From: Eledone cirrhosa
Lineage: Eukaryota
NCBI GenBank assembly: GCA_964016885.1
Contig: OZ024744.1
Coordinates: forward strand, 61,566,001 to 61,630,000
DNA: 64,000 nt
Direction of reading: 5' to 3'
This document shows positions 14,285 to 28,181 of this stretch, one piece after another. The translations under genes were made by a program, and so were the position numbers. Below the pieces are notes generated by a model. The model was given only the letters and a program-made list of their open reading frames with translations. It was not told where the DNA came from and searched no databases. Every line of letters starts with the position of its first letter. The first letter of the stretch is position 1.

Positions 14285-14794
14285 TTACAGTGATATGAGG
14301 GTTGGAGAACCAACCTGATCTGAACTACTTTCGGCTGAATTCTTATGAACTTGACTAGCACATGACTGACCACTTACAGGAGGTAGACCCGAATTTGCTT
14401 CGACAATGTTTTCCAAATCTGTGAAACTGTAATATGCATTGCCGTGAATATTACTGATGTTAAGACTTCCATCAGGGTTAGCACCAGAACCAACTTGCCC
14501 ATTGTTTCCCAGATGGACACCTTTTTCTTGTTTAACAACAGCCAATGGAATTGCCTGATTCGGATCTGTCATGCGCAATCGTGCATCGTTTTTATGAGAA
14601 CAGGAATTTTGATGAGAATCAATCTCTGTCTTGATTTTTATGGTGTGCAGGTTAGATGACTGGTTCAATTTCCCATCAGCTTTGCAGTCGGGGCGATGGG
14701 CTTGAAGGATGAATTCCAGTCGATCTTTCTGCTGTTTCAAAGTTTGAATTTCATCTTCAAGATGGCTGCGTTCCTCTTCGAGCTTTACAGTTTC
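14285..14794 (-). CDS. Fos: Fos-family bZIP factor, coding exon 4 (leucine zipper and C-terminus)
   Basis: Acceptor ttacag|GAA at 14795/14794. ETVKLEEERSHLEDEIQTLKQQKDRLEFILQAH matches the Fos zipper, and the end SSSDQVGSPTLISL* resembles c-Fos SSDSLSSPTLLAL. Confidence 0.95.
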   Translation of the reverse strand, partial: ETVKLEEERSHLEDEIQTLKQQKDRLEFILQAHRPDCKADGKLNQSSNLHTIKIKTEIDSHQNSCSHKNDARLRMTDPNQAIPLAVVKQEKGVHLGNNGQVGSGANPDGSLNISNIHGNAYYSFTDLENIVEANSGLPPVSGQSCASQVHKNSAESSSDQVGSPTLISL

Positions 14795-15389
14795 CTGTAA
14801 TAACAATACAAAAGAAATTGAATGTCAAAATATTAGAATAACCCTAAAGCAAAAGATGGTTTGTAACTAAAAGAATAGGATGCAAAATTATGCCTTTTAT
14901 ATTAATCATAGTATGTCTTTTAGTTTATGTATACAGTATTGCATTTTAAACCCCGATTCTAAAATTCAAAGCAGTTAATTTATCAAAAAATCTTCAACTG
15001 TAATATTATCTATGACCCTTTGTCAAAACATGTAATATAACTAACTATGAAAGTTAGTTATATTACTAAATCCCTTCAAATTCCAAACTACTTCTTTAAA
15101 TTTCATTGAAAAGTGTAGACATTGTCTTTCATTAGAAATATAGTAACAGAAAGGTTAAATCTATTCATAGACAGAACTAATTGACCTTGCAGGGTAAAAG
15201 CTAAAATACTGGATTCTTGGTTTAAAGGATTTGCAAAATTATATCCACAGCCCAAAAGACATGGTTCTTTGCTAGATACATAGAGAAGCCAATTTTATTA
15301 TATATAAAGTGCCGTGAGTTTCTTTAGAGTACAATCTCAAAATTGAGTTGGAAGCTTATATATAACAATGTGTATATATATATATATAT

Positions 15390-16793
15390 AAAAGTTTGAT
15401 ATGTTTTAAGATCAACTTAGTAGAGATTTCGCCACAAATTCATCCAAGGTGTACTCCATAGGGTAAAAATCTGTTACGAGTACTCTGTATCGAGGATAGT
15501 TTTAATGTTCGGTGTTGTTTGACTTAACAAGAAGTTTCTTTAGTTGTGGTGTTCGGGTGGCCGATTCAAGACTGTTCCTAGGTAAGCAGTTCTTGGAGTA
15601 ATAATAGTAAATGAGTGAAGAATAACATGGAGCAGCTGTACAATAGGGTTTATTCAAAGTATTAGCAAATGTTTTGTTAATCTGTTCGTAAAATGGCTAC
15701 GTCACTTGATTTTAATTACAGTTGATACCCAACCATATCTTCAGAATACTGATTTGTGTATTGTTACAGTGTGCTAATATTTATAGATACATGTTAAATG
15801 AGAATAAAAGTAATAATAAAAAAAGGTAGTATGAAAAGATGATACGATAAGGAAGATAATATAAAAAGTTACGGTAACTTGGCAGTGTAATAAAATGGGA
15901 TGAGATGAAACAAAAGGATAATGGCAACAGTCAAATAAAGTTGGGTGGGATGAATTAAATAGATAAAACAGCGAAATATAAAATAAAAAGATGATGATAA
16001 CAGATGGGTAATTAGGATTGGGGTATTTTGAAAAGTGCTATCTAAATGGAGGTGAAGATTGATGGTAATGTTTGCTATATAGGGTGCTGTGTATGTCTAT
16101 AAAGAAAGGGTACTTAATCACTGAGGGAGCGTCGGTTGATCTTACGTCTGATTGGTCAAAAGTTAATTATTTTGCTTACTATTGGTAGATGTAGGAAGCT
16201 TACACCCATATGTGGTTGACCGTTAATCATTGGTAAGGTGTAAAAGTGGTTCGCTGGCGCCAGTATTGTAGACATTTTAAATATGGGGAGTTGCGTTGTT
16301 TGTATGGATAATGAGGTTGCTGGATCGAATCTTGTTCAACTTGGTATATAATTAGAAAATTTACTAACGGCTTTGTGGCTACAGAAAATAGTCCGCTCGA
16401 ATTTTGTTGTTAAATAGCGTTTTATTATATTGCAGAATATGGAGTAATTCTGTATTGCAGAGTCTACATTGGGACATCCCGTTCATGTAGGCTTTGGCAT
16501 TTGATAATTTCGACCAGCTAATGTCATATCCTTGATTATTGTCCTTAAGCTGCCAGATTTTATTGGCCAGCGTTGTTTTGTTACTGAGTTTCCGGTTCTT
16601 TATGGAGTGCTGGTGCACATGCCATCATATTTTCAAGTCATCAGCCGCAGAACCTATCAACTGTAATTAAAATCGAGTGACGTAGCTTTTACGAACAGCA
16701 GTTTTTAGACACACCAGACTAATGAAACGTTAGTTAATACTTTGAATAAACATTATTGTACAGCCGATCCACATTAATCTTTACTCATTTACT
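15390..16793 (-). mobile_element. Penelope-like retroelement remnant (GIY-YIG C-terminus, inverted terminal segment) in Fos intron 3
   Basis: IGSAADDLK..HQHS...TTLANKIWQLK..YDISW...CRLCNTE is the PLE endonuclease signature. ~15605-15726 is inverted relative to ~16655-16793. Degenerate hammerhead at 15658-15750. Left boundary uncertain. Confidence 0.8.
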
Positions 16794-17695
16794 ATATATA
16801 TACATATATATACTTTATCTATGCTGTATACATATGTACAAAACAGCACTATGGTAGTATCACATTAAAAAGTCTTTAGCCCAATATTGCAATTTTTTTA
16901 ATTATTTGTACACTAGTAAAAGATACTATGTACATTTGAATTAGATATTTTCTGCTTAATCATTATATGTTAAGAGTTAATAGGTCCTTCAAATATGCTT
17001 AGTTATTGCTTCATCTTGATATTAAATGAGAGAAATCTCACTAGAACATGACACTAGCTAATTACATATATCATTCCCAGATGACTTAGTATTTACTTCC
17101 CACAATTGTTAGATGAACTGATGCAAAGTAAAATATATTATTCTGGGCAGATAATAAATGAAATGCTGGTAGTAGATTTGAAGTGAGGACACATGAAAGT
17201 CATTTTTTTAAATAGCTTATTCCATGCATATATTTAAAATCCACTATACTACAGATAGAAACACTATCTGTGTCTTCTTTGATGAGTCTCTTTTTTTCAG
17301 CCTCAGGTCAACTGAAACTTTGTGAGTGAAATTGGGTAGGCAGAAACCGTATAGAAACCCATTTGGTATATTTATCACACAGAATTTCTTTGAAAATTAT
17401 ATTAAGAGTATATGTGTTTGTGGAATCATCAGCCATTTTACATAGTTAGTTCAATGTGGAATACTCAGCCACTTACACAATATATGATGGATTTTTACCT
17501 GTAATTTGAAGGGCCAACCTTGTCATACATTGTGTCACTTTAAATCTCCCTAAGAATAACATTATGGGTACATGTGTCTGTAGAATAATTGACCACTTGC
17601 ACAATCGAACAACTGGAACACTCAGTTATAACTGAAGGAGATTCATTTACCATTTTTACCATCATTCCAGAGAGAAACTTTAAATATAAATTTAC

Positions 17696-17836
17696 CTGAA
17701 TAAGGCGATTAGTGTGGTCAACCCTTCTTTGACGACATTTTGCGGCAGCTATCTTGTTCCTTTCTCTTCGAATTCTGCGACGTTCTTCTTCTTCTGAACA
17801 CAATCTATTGCTAAAGAGGGATTGCATAATTTCATC
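17696..17836 (-). CDS. Fos: Fos-family bZIP factor, coding exon 3 (basic DNA-binding region)
   Basis: Polypyrimidine tract then cctag|GAT at 17836; donor CAG|gtaaat at 17696/17695. Encodes [24 protein letters not shown]. Confidence 0.93.
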
Positions 17837-18319
17837 CTAGGAAAAAAGAAGAGAGAAAAAATATAGAGAAATGAAAAGCAAATGGAATAAATGTTTATAT
17901 ATTAGTAAAGAATAGAAATATGAGTGCTTGCTCATACTTGAACCTGTTCCAAATAGTTTATGTATAATGCTTATACATAAACTATTTTGATACCACTACT
18001 GGACACAGAATCTTTTGTTTTAAAATGTTTATATATGTAATTACTTTTTAAATTATTTGAAACACATAGGCACTGCATTTCATTTCATTTGAAATTGATC
18101 ACAAAAGAGTTGATGTTACATCTGTATTTCCAAATCAAAATATATTTCAACTTGCAATGGATTCCTCCCTCCTTCTCTCTTTGTCTCACACATACAAGCT
18201 CCCTACCACACAGATAAACAGTTTAATCCTGATCAAATAATATGCAAAGGAAAAACAGGAACTTTATATACTAGAAAATGTATAATTAGAGATCTGTACT
18301 AAATATTGGTGATATTTAT

Positions 18320-18580
18320 ATTTTATATATAGTAATATTTAAATAATGCTGGAACGAGTGCAATAATGCACCAGCTTCAGCACTGTCATCAGAAGGTGGC
18401 TAGGTGTAAAAGCTAAACTCAATATCTTCAATTTAGTGTTTGTGCCTAATCCTACCTATGGTTATGAATCTTGAGTAATGACTGAACGTATAAGGTTGTG
18501 AATACTAACAGCCAAAATAGAGTTCCGCTGAAGGGTTTTTGGCAAAATGTTACCCAATAGGGTGCACAGCGCAGATCAGG
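18320..18580 (+). mobile_element. Degenerate RTE LINE fragment (second family)
   Basis: Similar to 56200-56740 (AAGCTAAACTCAATATCTTCAATT...CCTATGGTTATGAATCTTG). Confidence 0.55.
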
Positions 18581-20043
18581 TAGTTGCTACTAGTACTACA
18601 AACATGTGGTAAAGAATTGCTGGATATTTTAGGGGTAAAACTAAAAGTAGACAATGAGCTAGATGGTTGGATAACACCCACAAGCTTGGTTCGTCACAAT
18701 ATATGTGTGTGTATATGTATATATATGTGTTCGGATCTAGCTGTTCGGATCAGAGCTCAGCCGTCGGGGTCCTAACTCTTTTCATATATATACACACACA
18801 TATATAGGTACTATTTTTTTTATTTTAGTATTAAACACATTATGCATATAAGACACAGGTCAATGTGCAACTTTAGTAAAAGACATTTACCCAAAGTGCT
18901 AGACAGTGGAGTTGAACCCTGAACCACATGATTGCAATGTGAATTTCTTAACCATACAACTATGACTGCCTATGCAGGGGTAGAATTCATTAGTAAGCAA
19001 TGAGGTTACAGAGTATTTAACTGATTCATTTTTGTTAGTTATATTCTACAATTCTACCACAGATTCACAGAAGACAATGAAAACTGATAGTTTCCCCTGA
19101 ATATCATTATGTCCATTCTTCCAACTTGGCATGGACTGGACAACATACCAGTACTTAAATCAAGCTCCTAACCACCTAGACCGTCAGAGAACCACAACTT
19201 GCTTAATGTTCTATTTTTGGTCTGTTTTCTAACTAACAATAACCACTTTAGTGAGTGCACTGGATTCATTTTAACATAGCACAAGCAATAGAGAAGTTTT
19301 CTTGTCCTTATCATGGCCGAAGAGACCTAACAAATTTCAGTATGATTTCTACAGCATGAGATATCCTTCCTAATACCAATCACTCTGTATGGTTTTTTTG
19401 TGTGATAACATTAACAAAAAATAATAAAAAAGGATCATGAGCCATTATCATTACTACAAGGTTATTAATATAACTATTACATCCTTCTTAGTGTGATGGT
19501 CATGGTGCAAAGTAGATATCATTCACGATTTGCTAATCTTTTTCCATTGACATGAGTTCAAATCTTTTCAATAGATAAAATAATTAATACCAGACTTATA
19601 CCATAAATATATGTATGTAAAATGGACTTAACTATCAGATGTGCAATTTATATACACGAATGTGTCTGACATCCATCATAGTAGTTTACTGGTTGTCCAT
19701 AAGTAGCACTAAATATCTAGATATCAGTGACTGTTACAGTTCCAGTGAATTGTGTAAAATCATATTTTATTTACATTTTCCTCTAGTTATGGCCTACAAA
19801 CACAGTGCAAGTGTTAAAATTACTTTTATAGTTAAGATGTAGGAGAGTATTTCCGCTGTCATGTTTTTTAAGGAATAAACAAATGTACACTGTAAAGGTA
19901 TTGTAGTGAATAAGTTAATAAATAATGTGATGGCAATCTCCTAGGGATGTATACCTAATTATTATTACAAGGCCTGTTAGGGAAAATGAATAATTTAGAA
20001 CATGACTGGAACCAAAACTGCTAAAAAGTTAGTGCTGTACATG

Positions 20044-20081
<38 letters not shown>

Positions 20082-21226
20082 AACACGCACACTGTAAATG
20101 TGGTTGGTGTTAGGAAGGGCATCCAACTGTAAAATAACTGGCTAGATTTATAGTCCTTGCCGGAGCAAGGTGAGACATGGCCAACCATGGCCAGACTTCC
20201 CGGCATGGACGACCCATCTAACCCATGCAAACAATGAAAGAATTGATGCTAAACGGAACTGATGATGATGATGATGATGATGATACACACGTACATATAC
20301 CATTCATATCCATGTGTAATAACTTTCCATATGAAAATAAAATGTGAAAACCATATACTCTGTCATAGTGGATAAAGCTTTGAAAGATTTCAAGCAGGTT
20401 TCTCATCTAATGTTTCATTAAATAGATTTTTTAAATGCATTTCAATAACATGTACTACCGGAATAGTTTTAAAATTATATATATAAATTTATGTCTGTTT
20501 TCTCACATTGGTATGGCATATCCAAGATCCCAAGGCATATACATATATATATCATTTAATGTCTATTTTTCTACGCTTGCATGGGTTAGATGGGTTTTCA
20601 CATTATAAGACAAATCTGTATGTTGGCTTGGTTTCTACAGCTGGATGCCCGTCCTAGCACCAACCTCATTTACAGTGAGTACTGGGTGCTTTTTGTTGCA
20701 ACACCTACACAACCACTTTACAGTGTGGACTGGGTGCTTTTTGTTGTGACACCTATACGACCACTTTACAGTGTGGGCTGGAGGCTTCGCTGGATGTATA
20801 CTTTAGCTTGTCCTCATGGGAGATGTTTGGGAATGGGTGGGGTGATGCATACTATATATATATGCTTCAGTCTGTGCCCATAGGAAGTCAGGTCTTCTGT
20901 ATTACTTGGTCATGTGTCAACTTATATATACACACACATACATATATATTCATCATCATCAATTTACATCTACTTTCCATGTTGGCAAGGGCTGAATTGT
21001 CACAATACATGACTAGACAGGTCGAGGAACCAAGCCTTGGCATGATTTCTACAACTGGATGATCTTCCTAACGACAACCACATACACAGTGTACAGCATT
21101 AACCACTTTATAAAGTGTACCAGACACATTTATCGTGACACCACCACTACCACTTTAACAGAATGTACTGGGTACATTTTATCGTGGCACCATGCATACA
21201 TCATAAATTATTTCCATTTACATCAT

Positions 21227-21555
21227 GGAGGCACATGGCTTAGTGGTTAGAGCATTGGCCTTGCAATCGAAAGGTTGTGAGTTCAATTCTTAGACCGAGT
21301 GATGTGTTGTTTCCTTGAGAAAGACACTTTATTTCACATTGCTCCAGTTTTCTCAGCTGTAGAAATGAGATGATAGGCACTGGGGTCCCTTTCATTACCC
21401 TGCAAAGTGATCGTGGAGGTGCCACTGCAAAAAAGCACCCAGCACTCACTGTAAATAAGGTTGGTGTTAGGAAGGGCATCCAGCTGTAGAAATCAAGCCA
21501 GAATCAGTTCCCGTCCCACCCTTGCAAGCAGGGAAAAGTGGACGTAAAAAATGAA
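21227..21555 (+). mobile_element. Full-length tRNA-derived SINE with CORE-like body and RTE-type tail
   Basis: A box TGGCTTAGTGG, B-box-like GAGTTCAATTC, body TCCTTGAGAAAGACACTT, tail GTTAGGAAGGGCATCCAGCTG. Confidence 0.85.
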
Positions 21556-22188
21556 ACGAAAAAAAAATGAAAAATCATAAATGTAAATGAAAACAATTTT
21601 CAAACAAACATTAATACCACAAGACATGTGTATAAGACGAATATGAAAAACCAGTTTTTTTGTTTGTTTTTAAGTGGATTTTTGTTTGTTTAAGTGATTT
21701 TGAAATGGTGAAATTACATATTAGATACGTCATTCTCTCAAACAAAGAACACTTTGTTCATTATAGAAATAGAGATGCTGTATGTTGTAAAGAGATAAGT
21801 GTCAGAAAGAGAAAACAATCTAGACTTTACACACACACAGATTATATATAAGACTCTTTTCCTGTTAGTTCAAGCATTAAACTAATATATTTCTTCAATG
21901 TACTAAGTCGTTTGCTTTGTTATCTGTATACTTTTTACAAAGAAACCCATCGGTCACGAATGACTATGGGATTTGCACTTAAAAAGTCCCCAACCTCACG
22001 ATTGCAAGCCCAGCCCCCTAACCCCTAAGCCATGCCCCTTCACTTACACACACACACACACCCATATATGTGTGTGAGTATATTGATGTGTGTATATATA
22101 TATATATATAGATATTAATGTATATATATATATAGAGAGAGAGAGAGATATTAATGTATATATATATATTATTACTATATATAGATAG

Positions 22189-22245
<57 letters not shown>

Positions 22246-22587
22246 GTGTACTAACATATATATAGAGAGAGATTTATATTATAGTGTACTAATAATATTT
22301 AAGGAAGTCTTCTACTGAGTCACAACGGACAAAAACAGAACAAAGAACATGAACAAAGTAACATAACATCAATCAAAATGGCTGCCGGTTTAATAATAAT
22401 AAAGCATGATTGTTCTATTTAGTCTTACTTAAGATGACAATTTTATCAGGTAGGTAGGTGACCACTGTCCGAATATATAATAATGTTGTTTTTTTAAGTC
22501 CTGGTGCGTCTTCTATACATCAGTTTTAATTTCTGTAATGTATTCTGACAGGTTAAACTACATACTAGATAAAATTAGAAGCAATCG

Positions 22588-22653
<66 letters not shown>

Positions 22654-22976
22654 CGTGGGTCACAACTAGTTTAATGTTACTCCCAGACTTATTTTTCTCA
22701 TAACTCATGTATATTTTTTCAAATACATTTTGAAGAGATACATTTCCATGATAGATTACGGTTATGTTGATTAAATTTATTAAATTAAAAAAATATCAAT
22801 ATTATTTTCCCCCGTAATTCCTAGTTCTAGACATGATATTCTGTTCCAGTATAAAATCTGACATTAACCAAAATAATTATCAACATAAAATTGGATTATC
22901 TTTTCTCTCACACACACACAAAAGTCGACGAGGGAACTAACAATGAATCCTATAAGGACGATCCGACATGTCAAAG

Positions 22977-23029
<53 letters not shown>

Positions 23030-23734
23030 AAAACTCTATTATTTGAAATAGATACATATATAACGAAAAGAAGTACAATGTCTCAACATGTCGGACATTG
23101 TCTCGGGAAGAATGCATTAACAACTTAAACGGATCTCTTTCTAATGACGCACTACTTTAGTGATATTACGATATAACCCTTTTGATACAAAACCACTCCT
23201 GGTTCTACGACCCAAAAACTGATTGTTTTAAAGTGTTTATATTTATTTTAAAAAAAACCTTCCATCATAATCTTATGTAAGAACCTTTGTTATTTTATGT
23301 TAATAATGAAAAAGATAGTTATATAACTAAATTTTTGATTATTTTCCAAATTATTGGAGGGGGGTCACAGGCATTGTCTTACATTAGAAATATGGTAACG
23401 AAAGGATTAAATAATACAATGGTGTAGGCCAAACTAGGAAAGAATGCCGAGTACTATGTATTGTTAGTAGTAGTGGGATACTAAATTTTATTTGTGGAGT
23501 GCGAAATAGTTAATGAAAAAAATTAAATGAATAAATAAAAGTTTCGTTCGCATGTAACTAGCATTTAGACGAGAGACGACTAAAACGAATGACTGCTATA
23601 TAATTATTTATCATCAGTGGTTAAAAGAAATTCAAGTCTAGCTTAGTACAGTATTAGCTGTCTCAAAATAAAACTTAACAAAAGTTACGTATTTAATTTG
23701 GAACTTGACTACTGTGTTTGGACTTCCGTCGATT

Positions 23735-24230
23735 ATGACGGCGAGTATTCTAGTTGTCTGAACAACGGAACAACCTGCTCGTGAAGTTAACTGTATGGTA
23801 ATATAAAACACGTGCATACTTGTAATTCTCAGGGAGATTTAGCGTGGCACTGTGCGACATGGCTGTTTTTTTTTTTATTATTACATGTACATTCAATTTT
23901 GTATTACTGAAATTGGTTGAGCATTTCAGACATGGGCACCATTAACGTAGTTCTCGGGGACATCCAATGTGAGTGTGGTCTTTTGAATTAGATACAGTCC
24001 GTCTTCCATTGTTGTGTAATTGGATGGGCATTCCAGACACGTGCACCCTATCCTTAAGGAAATGCGGCATGACACTTGCAACAAAGCTGGAACTTTTGAA
24101 TAACAGGTACCGTCGATCAGATATTAAAGTGCAAGTGGCTGAGTATTCTACAAAAACATGTATTCTTAACGTAATTCTAAGGGAGATTCGATGTAACACA
24201 GTGAATTACAACTCATTTTGCCTAACTGTT
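23735..24230 (-). mobile_element. Tandem degenerate SINE-body fragments
   Basis: Repeated block ...CAGACACGTGCACCC..TAACGTAGTTCTCGGGGA...; related pieces at ~17370-17640 and 57340-57530. Confidence 0.55.
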
Positions 24231-26019
24231 TGTATAACGACAAAATAAATAAAATAAATATTTTTTTGATAAACTTAGTTTTATTTAATCGATAAATCTG
24301 ATAAACTTTTTAAATGAATTATCAAAAAGGCACGCAATGTGATTATTATTAACATTTTTTCAAGATGGTATTACAAAGAATGGGAATATCTCTAGTCATT
24401 TACACACACATACCCATATATGAAATTACACACACACTAAATATATATAAATATATATACACATTTTTAGACTGTGAGGTATTTAGTGATAGGAAGGGCA
24501 TCAAGCCATAGAAACCATGCCAAAATGCAATGTTTGAGCAAGGCGTGGTGTGTACATCTAAATATATAAATGCATCCAGTACACCCAGTAAAGTGTTTGG
24601 TGATAAAGCCATCCAGCCATAGAAAACCTGCTAAAACAAAGGATTGTGAGAACTCTTTAGTTCTGGTGCCAGGATGAAATGCACCTGGCCTGTCTGATAG
24701 AGCAGAAGCTCTGATTAAGTACTGACTTGTTCTGTGATGACCCATACAAACTTTTCTAGCAGAAAAACATGTTAAATGATGATGATACAAAATAAGTATG
24801 ACATTTGTCTGTCTTCAAACAACATTGCCATTTCTCAATGTATCACCAGAAAATTTGACACACATCCAAATTGATCCCAGAATAAAAAAAATATTCTGAT
24901 TTGCACCTGTCCTGGCAACAAAAAGACAGAATTTAAGAAAAGTGATGAAACTTATAGGATGTAATTTAGAGTGTCAAATGCAAGTGTGTTGGCAATGGAT
25001 CTGGATAACGCCATAATGATAGTATAGGATGAGTGCACTGTCTCACAGATTTGTATTTGACTTCACCTTGTAAGGTGGTAGTGCTGGTGCCATAACAAAA
25101 GCCCCCAATCAACCATGTAAGGTGGTTACAGGCAGCATGACAAAACGCATCCAATTCACCAAGTAAGGTGATCGTGCTTGTGCCACAAAAAAACTCCTGA
25201 GTACATGCTGTAATATGGTTGGTGTTAGGAAGGACTTTCAACTATAGAAAACCAAGCCAAAATCAGAGCATATGAACAAGACATAGTCACTTGACATCAA
25301 GCCTCATAACGTGACACAGTCTAAGCCATGTAAGCATGAAAAATAGACGTGATGATGATGATTGTAGATCATACCATACCAAGATCTCAAAAGTATTACT
25401 AAGACCATGTCTGGATTCATACAGTCTTGTTCTGGGGTGATTTCAGGCAAACTCTGCCAGTTATCGCAAAGGGTTAACTACTGATAAGCTGAGAGCATGC
25501 CTCAAAAATCCATATATTTGGAGACAAGTGGAAAAACTTCAGCTTCTACCAACACAAAAGTAGCATTGTATAAGAACACAGTTTTCAAAAATTCTGCTTT
25601 AAGTGTGCCATGATCAGCTACCAATTGACACTGAAAGTGGAGTTGTCACAATACCAAAATATTATGGAACAATAAAAACACCAAGAAATATTATTGAAAG
25701 TTTATCCTAATCTCTCACTGAATTACAGAAACCATGAATGGCTTTGTGAGATACCATCTTAGTTCCCCAAAATGACATGCTGGCATGGGTTGGATGATTT
25801 GTCACAGAGTAAGTACTTAATCAGAGCTACTGTCTTCCTAGACATGTTGAGGACCATGTCACACTTACATACGTTGTTTGGTTTAAGCATGGTTTCTACA
25901 GCTGGATACTCGTAACACCAACCACTTCAGAGAATGTACTGGTACAGTATGTGTTCACAATCAACAGCTACCAGACTAATTCAGATCTTACAAATTAATT
26001 GACACTGTAGTTAACATTG

Positions 26020-26735
26020 TTGTCAACTATCTAGTGGACTTTCTCAATTCTCTCCAGCCCACTGATGTTCTACCGCATAATCTTCAAATTGAAGTGAAAA
26101 CATGTATTATGTTGCTATGGGTCTGAGATATACTAAAACTCTTTAACAAGACAAACTTTGAAAACTATTATTGAACATGTGATCAAAGCCACCATTATGC
26201 TGGTTATGCCAAGAGAAAAGATGCTTTCATAACATGTATTCCTCTCATCCTAACATATATGCTATTTCAGTTCAAGCACCTTCAGTTTTCAGTGACACTC
26301 ATTTTCTATGACCATCAACAAATCTCATGGACAGTCTGATAACCCTTTCAATACCAACCTGCCTGAAACTGCCTCTGATTGTAACAAAACAATCAATTTT
26401 AAAATGTTCATATCTAAATTAAAACTTTCTGTCATAAATTTATGTAAAGGATTTGTCATGTTCTTAATACAAACTTAATTAAAAAGTTATTTTATTAAAA
26501 CTTTCCCAATTACTCTATTACATGTTCCAGCTGAGGGGCTGAGGCCATGCTGAAATTTATTGAAACAATTTGAATGTATATCATAAGCAATATGTCATGA
26601 AAGGGTTAAGGATGCCGGAGTTGAACTAGTCCATGTTACTAGCATGGTCAACTACATGTTGCAAACTCCGATGTTATGGCAAGTGGTCATATTATCAAAC
26701 CAAAACAAGAAATGTTTACCCCAAAGTTCTTGCTG
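26020..26735 (+). mobile_element. Helitron RepHel (PIF1-like helicase) C-terminal pseudogene fragment, interrupted by a MITE
   Basis: Broken reading VDFLNSL..PHNL...IMLL...IPLI....FQFKHLQF.V...TINKSHGQS [MITE 26339-26609] ..HGQLHVA.S...KTRNV.PKVL matches the Helitron helicase end. Confidence 0.85.
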
Positions 26736-28101
26736 ACTAAAACATATTTCTGATTAACTTACAAGGTAAAATACAAAGTAAGAAATAAAGATAGGATTTT
26801 CAGGTCACAAATTCAAATTAATAATAATCACATTCTAAAACGTATCACACATCATAGAAGCCTAAAAATCTTCAATTTTAGATATGTATCTCTTCAATAA
26901 GTTTTTCATATTCTACAGATGCAAAACCATCAATGTAGTATTTTTGAGTCACTATGTGTTTTTGATCTTACAGCTTACACCCTCATCTATGTGACCCGAC
27001 AGTGGTTGATCAAATCAGCATGGCTTACAAGTTACATATAAACTACTGACACCACTGGTCACTTCTCTTTAGATATAGCCATTTAAATGTTTTTTTCTTC
27101 TGCTTCTACATTGTTTTTGATGGCTCTCCTCATCCTTGCTCTCATAATGCTTAGAGTTCCATAGGCTTTGCAAACACTTGTCTCCCAACTTTCACTAGCA
27201 TAAACCTGATCTTTCACCCATTCCTGCAGAAACGAAGATGATGTCTGGTCTCAACATGGACAGAGTTATATGTGATAGAATTGTCAGTTGCCTTTCCAGG
27301 TAAACTGTCATGAGCTGTGGCAAGCAAACGGGTCAAGCAGTATGCAAATATAATTACATACGAAAATTACTTTGAAAAAAATTACTAAGTCATTTGCGTT
27401 TAATAAAAAAGAAAATCTCAACATTTTCTACACCTGGAGAATGCAAGGTACCTCTTACTCAAATATATAATACGTCTACCACAACATGACTATCAATCAA
27501 CTACCCAACATTAATATCTACATATGTGTGGGGAGGGTATGAAGAGTTAGGTTAAGTTAACCATTTTTAATTTAGAAGCCTTAGATGTGAGGAACAAAAC
27601 CACATCTTCCTCCGTACACAGAAAAGAAGGAATACTTGAAAGTATACACTTCACAGTTTATTTTATTTTCACAGCTAAGGTATGTTTTTTTTTTAAGTTG
27701 TAGTTATGTTTAGCTTAAGTTTACCTTCAAATATACGTTGTTCTAGCATAAATATATATATATATATATAAATGTAGAGAAAGAGATTAATATTTTTAGA
27801 GTTATCAGTTTAGACTGTTCAAGTTTAGTACTCGATACTTAAAAAAGTAGAGTGTAGGTATAGTAATAAATTACTGCCCGACTGTTGAACTCTTTAAAAA
27901 CCGGAGGTAGCAACATTTATGTGTTGACTATAACCATAATATGTATATATATATATATATATATAGTCATCAAAGTGTGTATACATTTTTTGTATATATA
28001 TATATATATATATATATATACAAGGGCGGTGCCCCAGCATGGCCTCAGCCGGATGGCTGAAACAGGTAAAAGAGTAAAAGAGTAATATATACACACACAG
28101 A

Positions 28102-28181
28102 CAGGGTGTGTGTCCCCAAAATGTATACACACTTTGATGACAAAGCTGTTGAAGTGTGTATACATTTTTTGGGACACCCTG
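28102..28181. mobile_element. Tiny Tc1/mariner-type MITE
   Basis: TIR CAGGGTGTCCCAAAAAATGTATACACACTT. Second copy at 47118-47215; half copy at ~27966-27991. Confidence 0.7.

Noticed and set aside
21227-21300. tRNA-like sequence (also at 37280-37354 and 38296-38370)
   Set aside because: SINE heads continuing into the SINE body; no proper acceptor stem.
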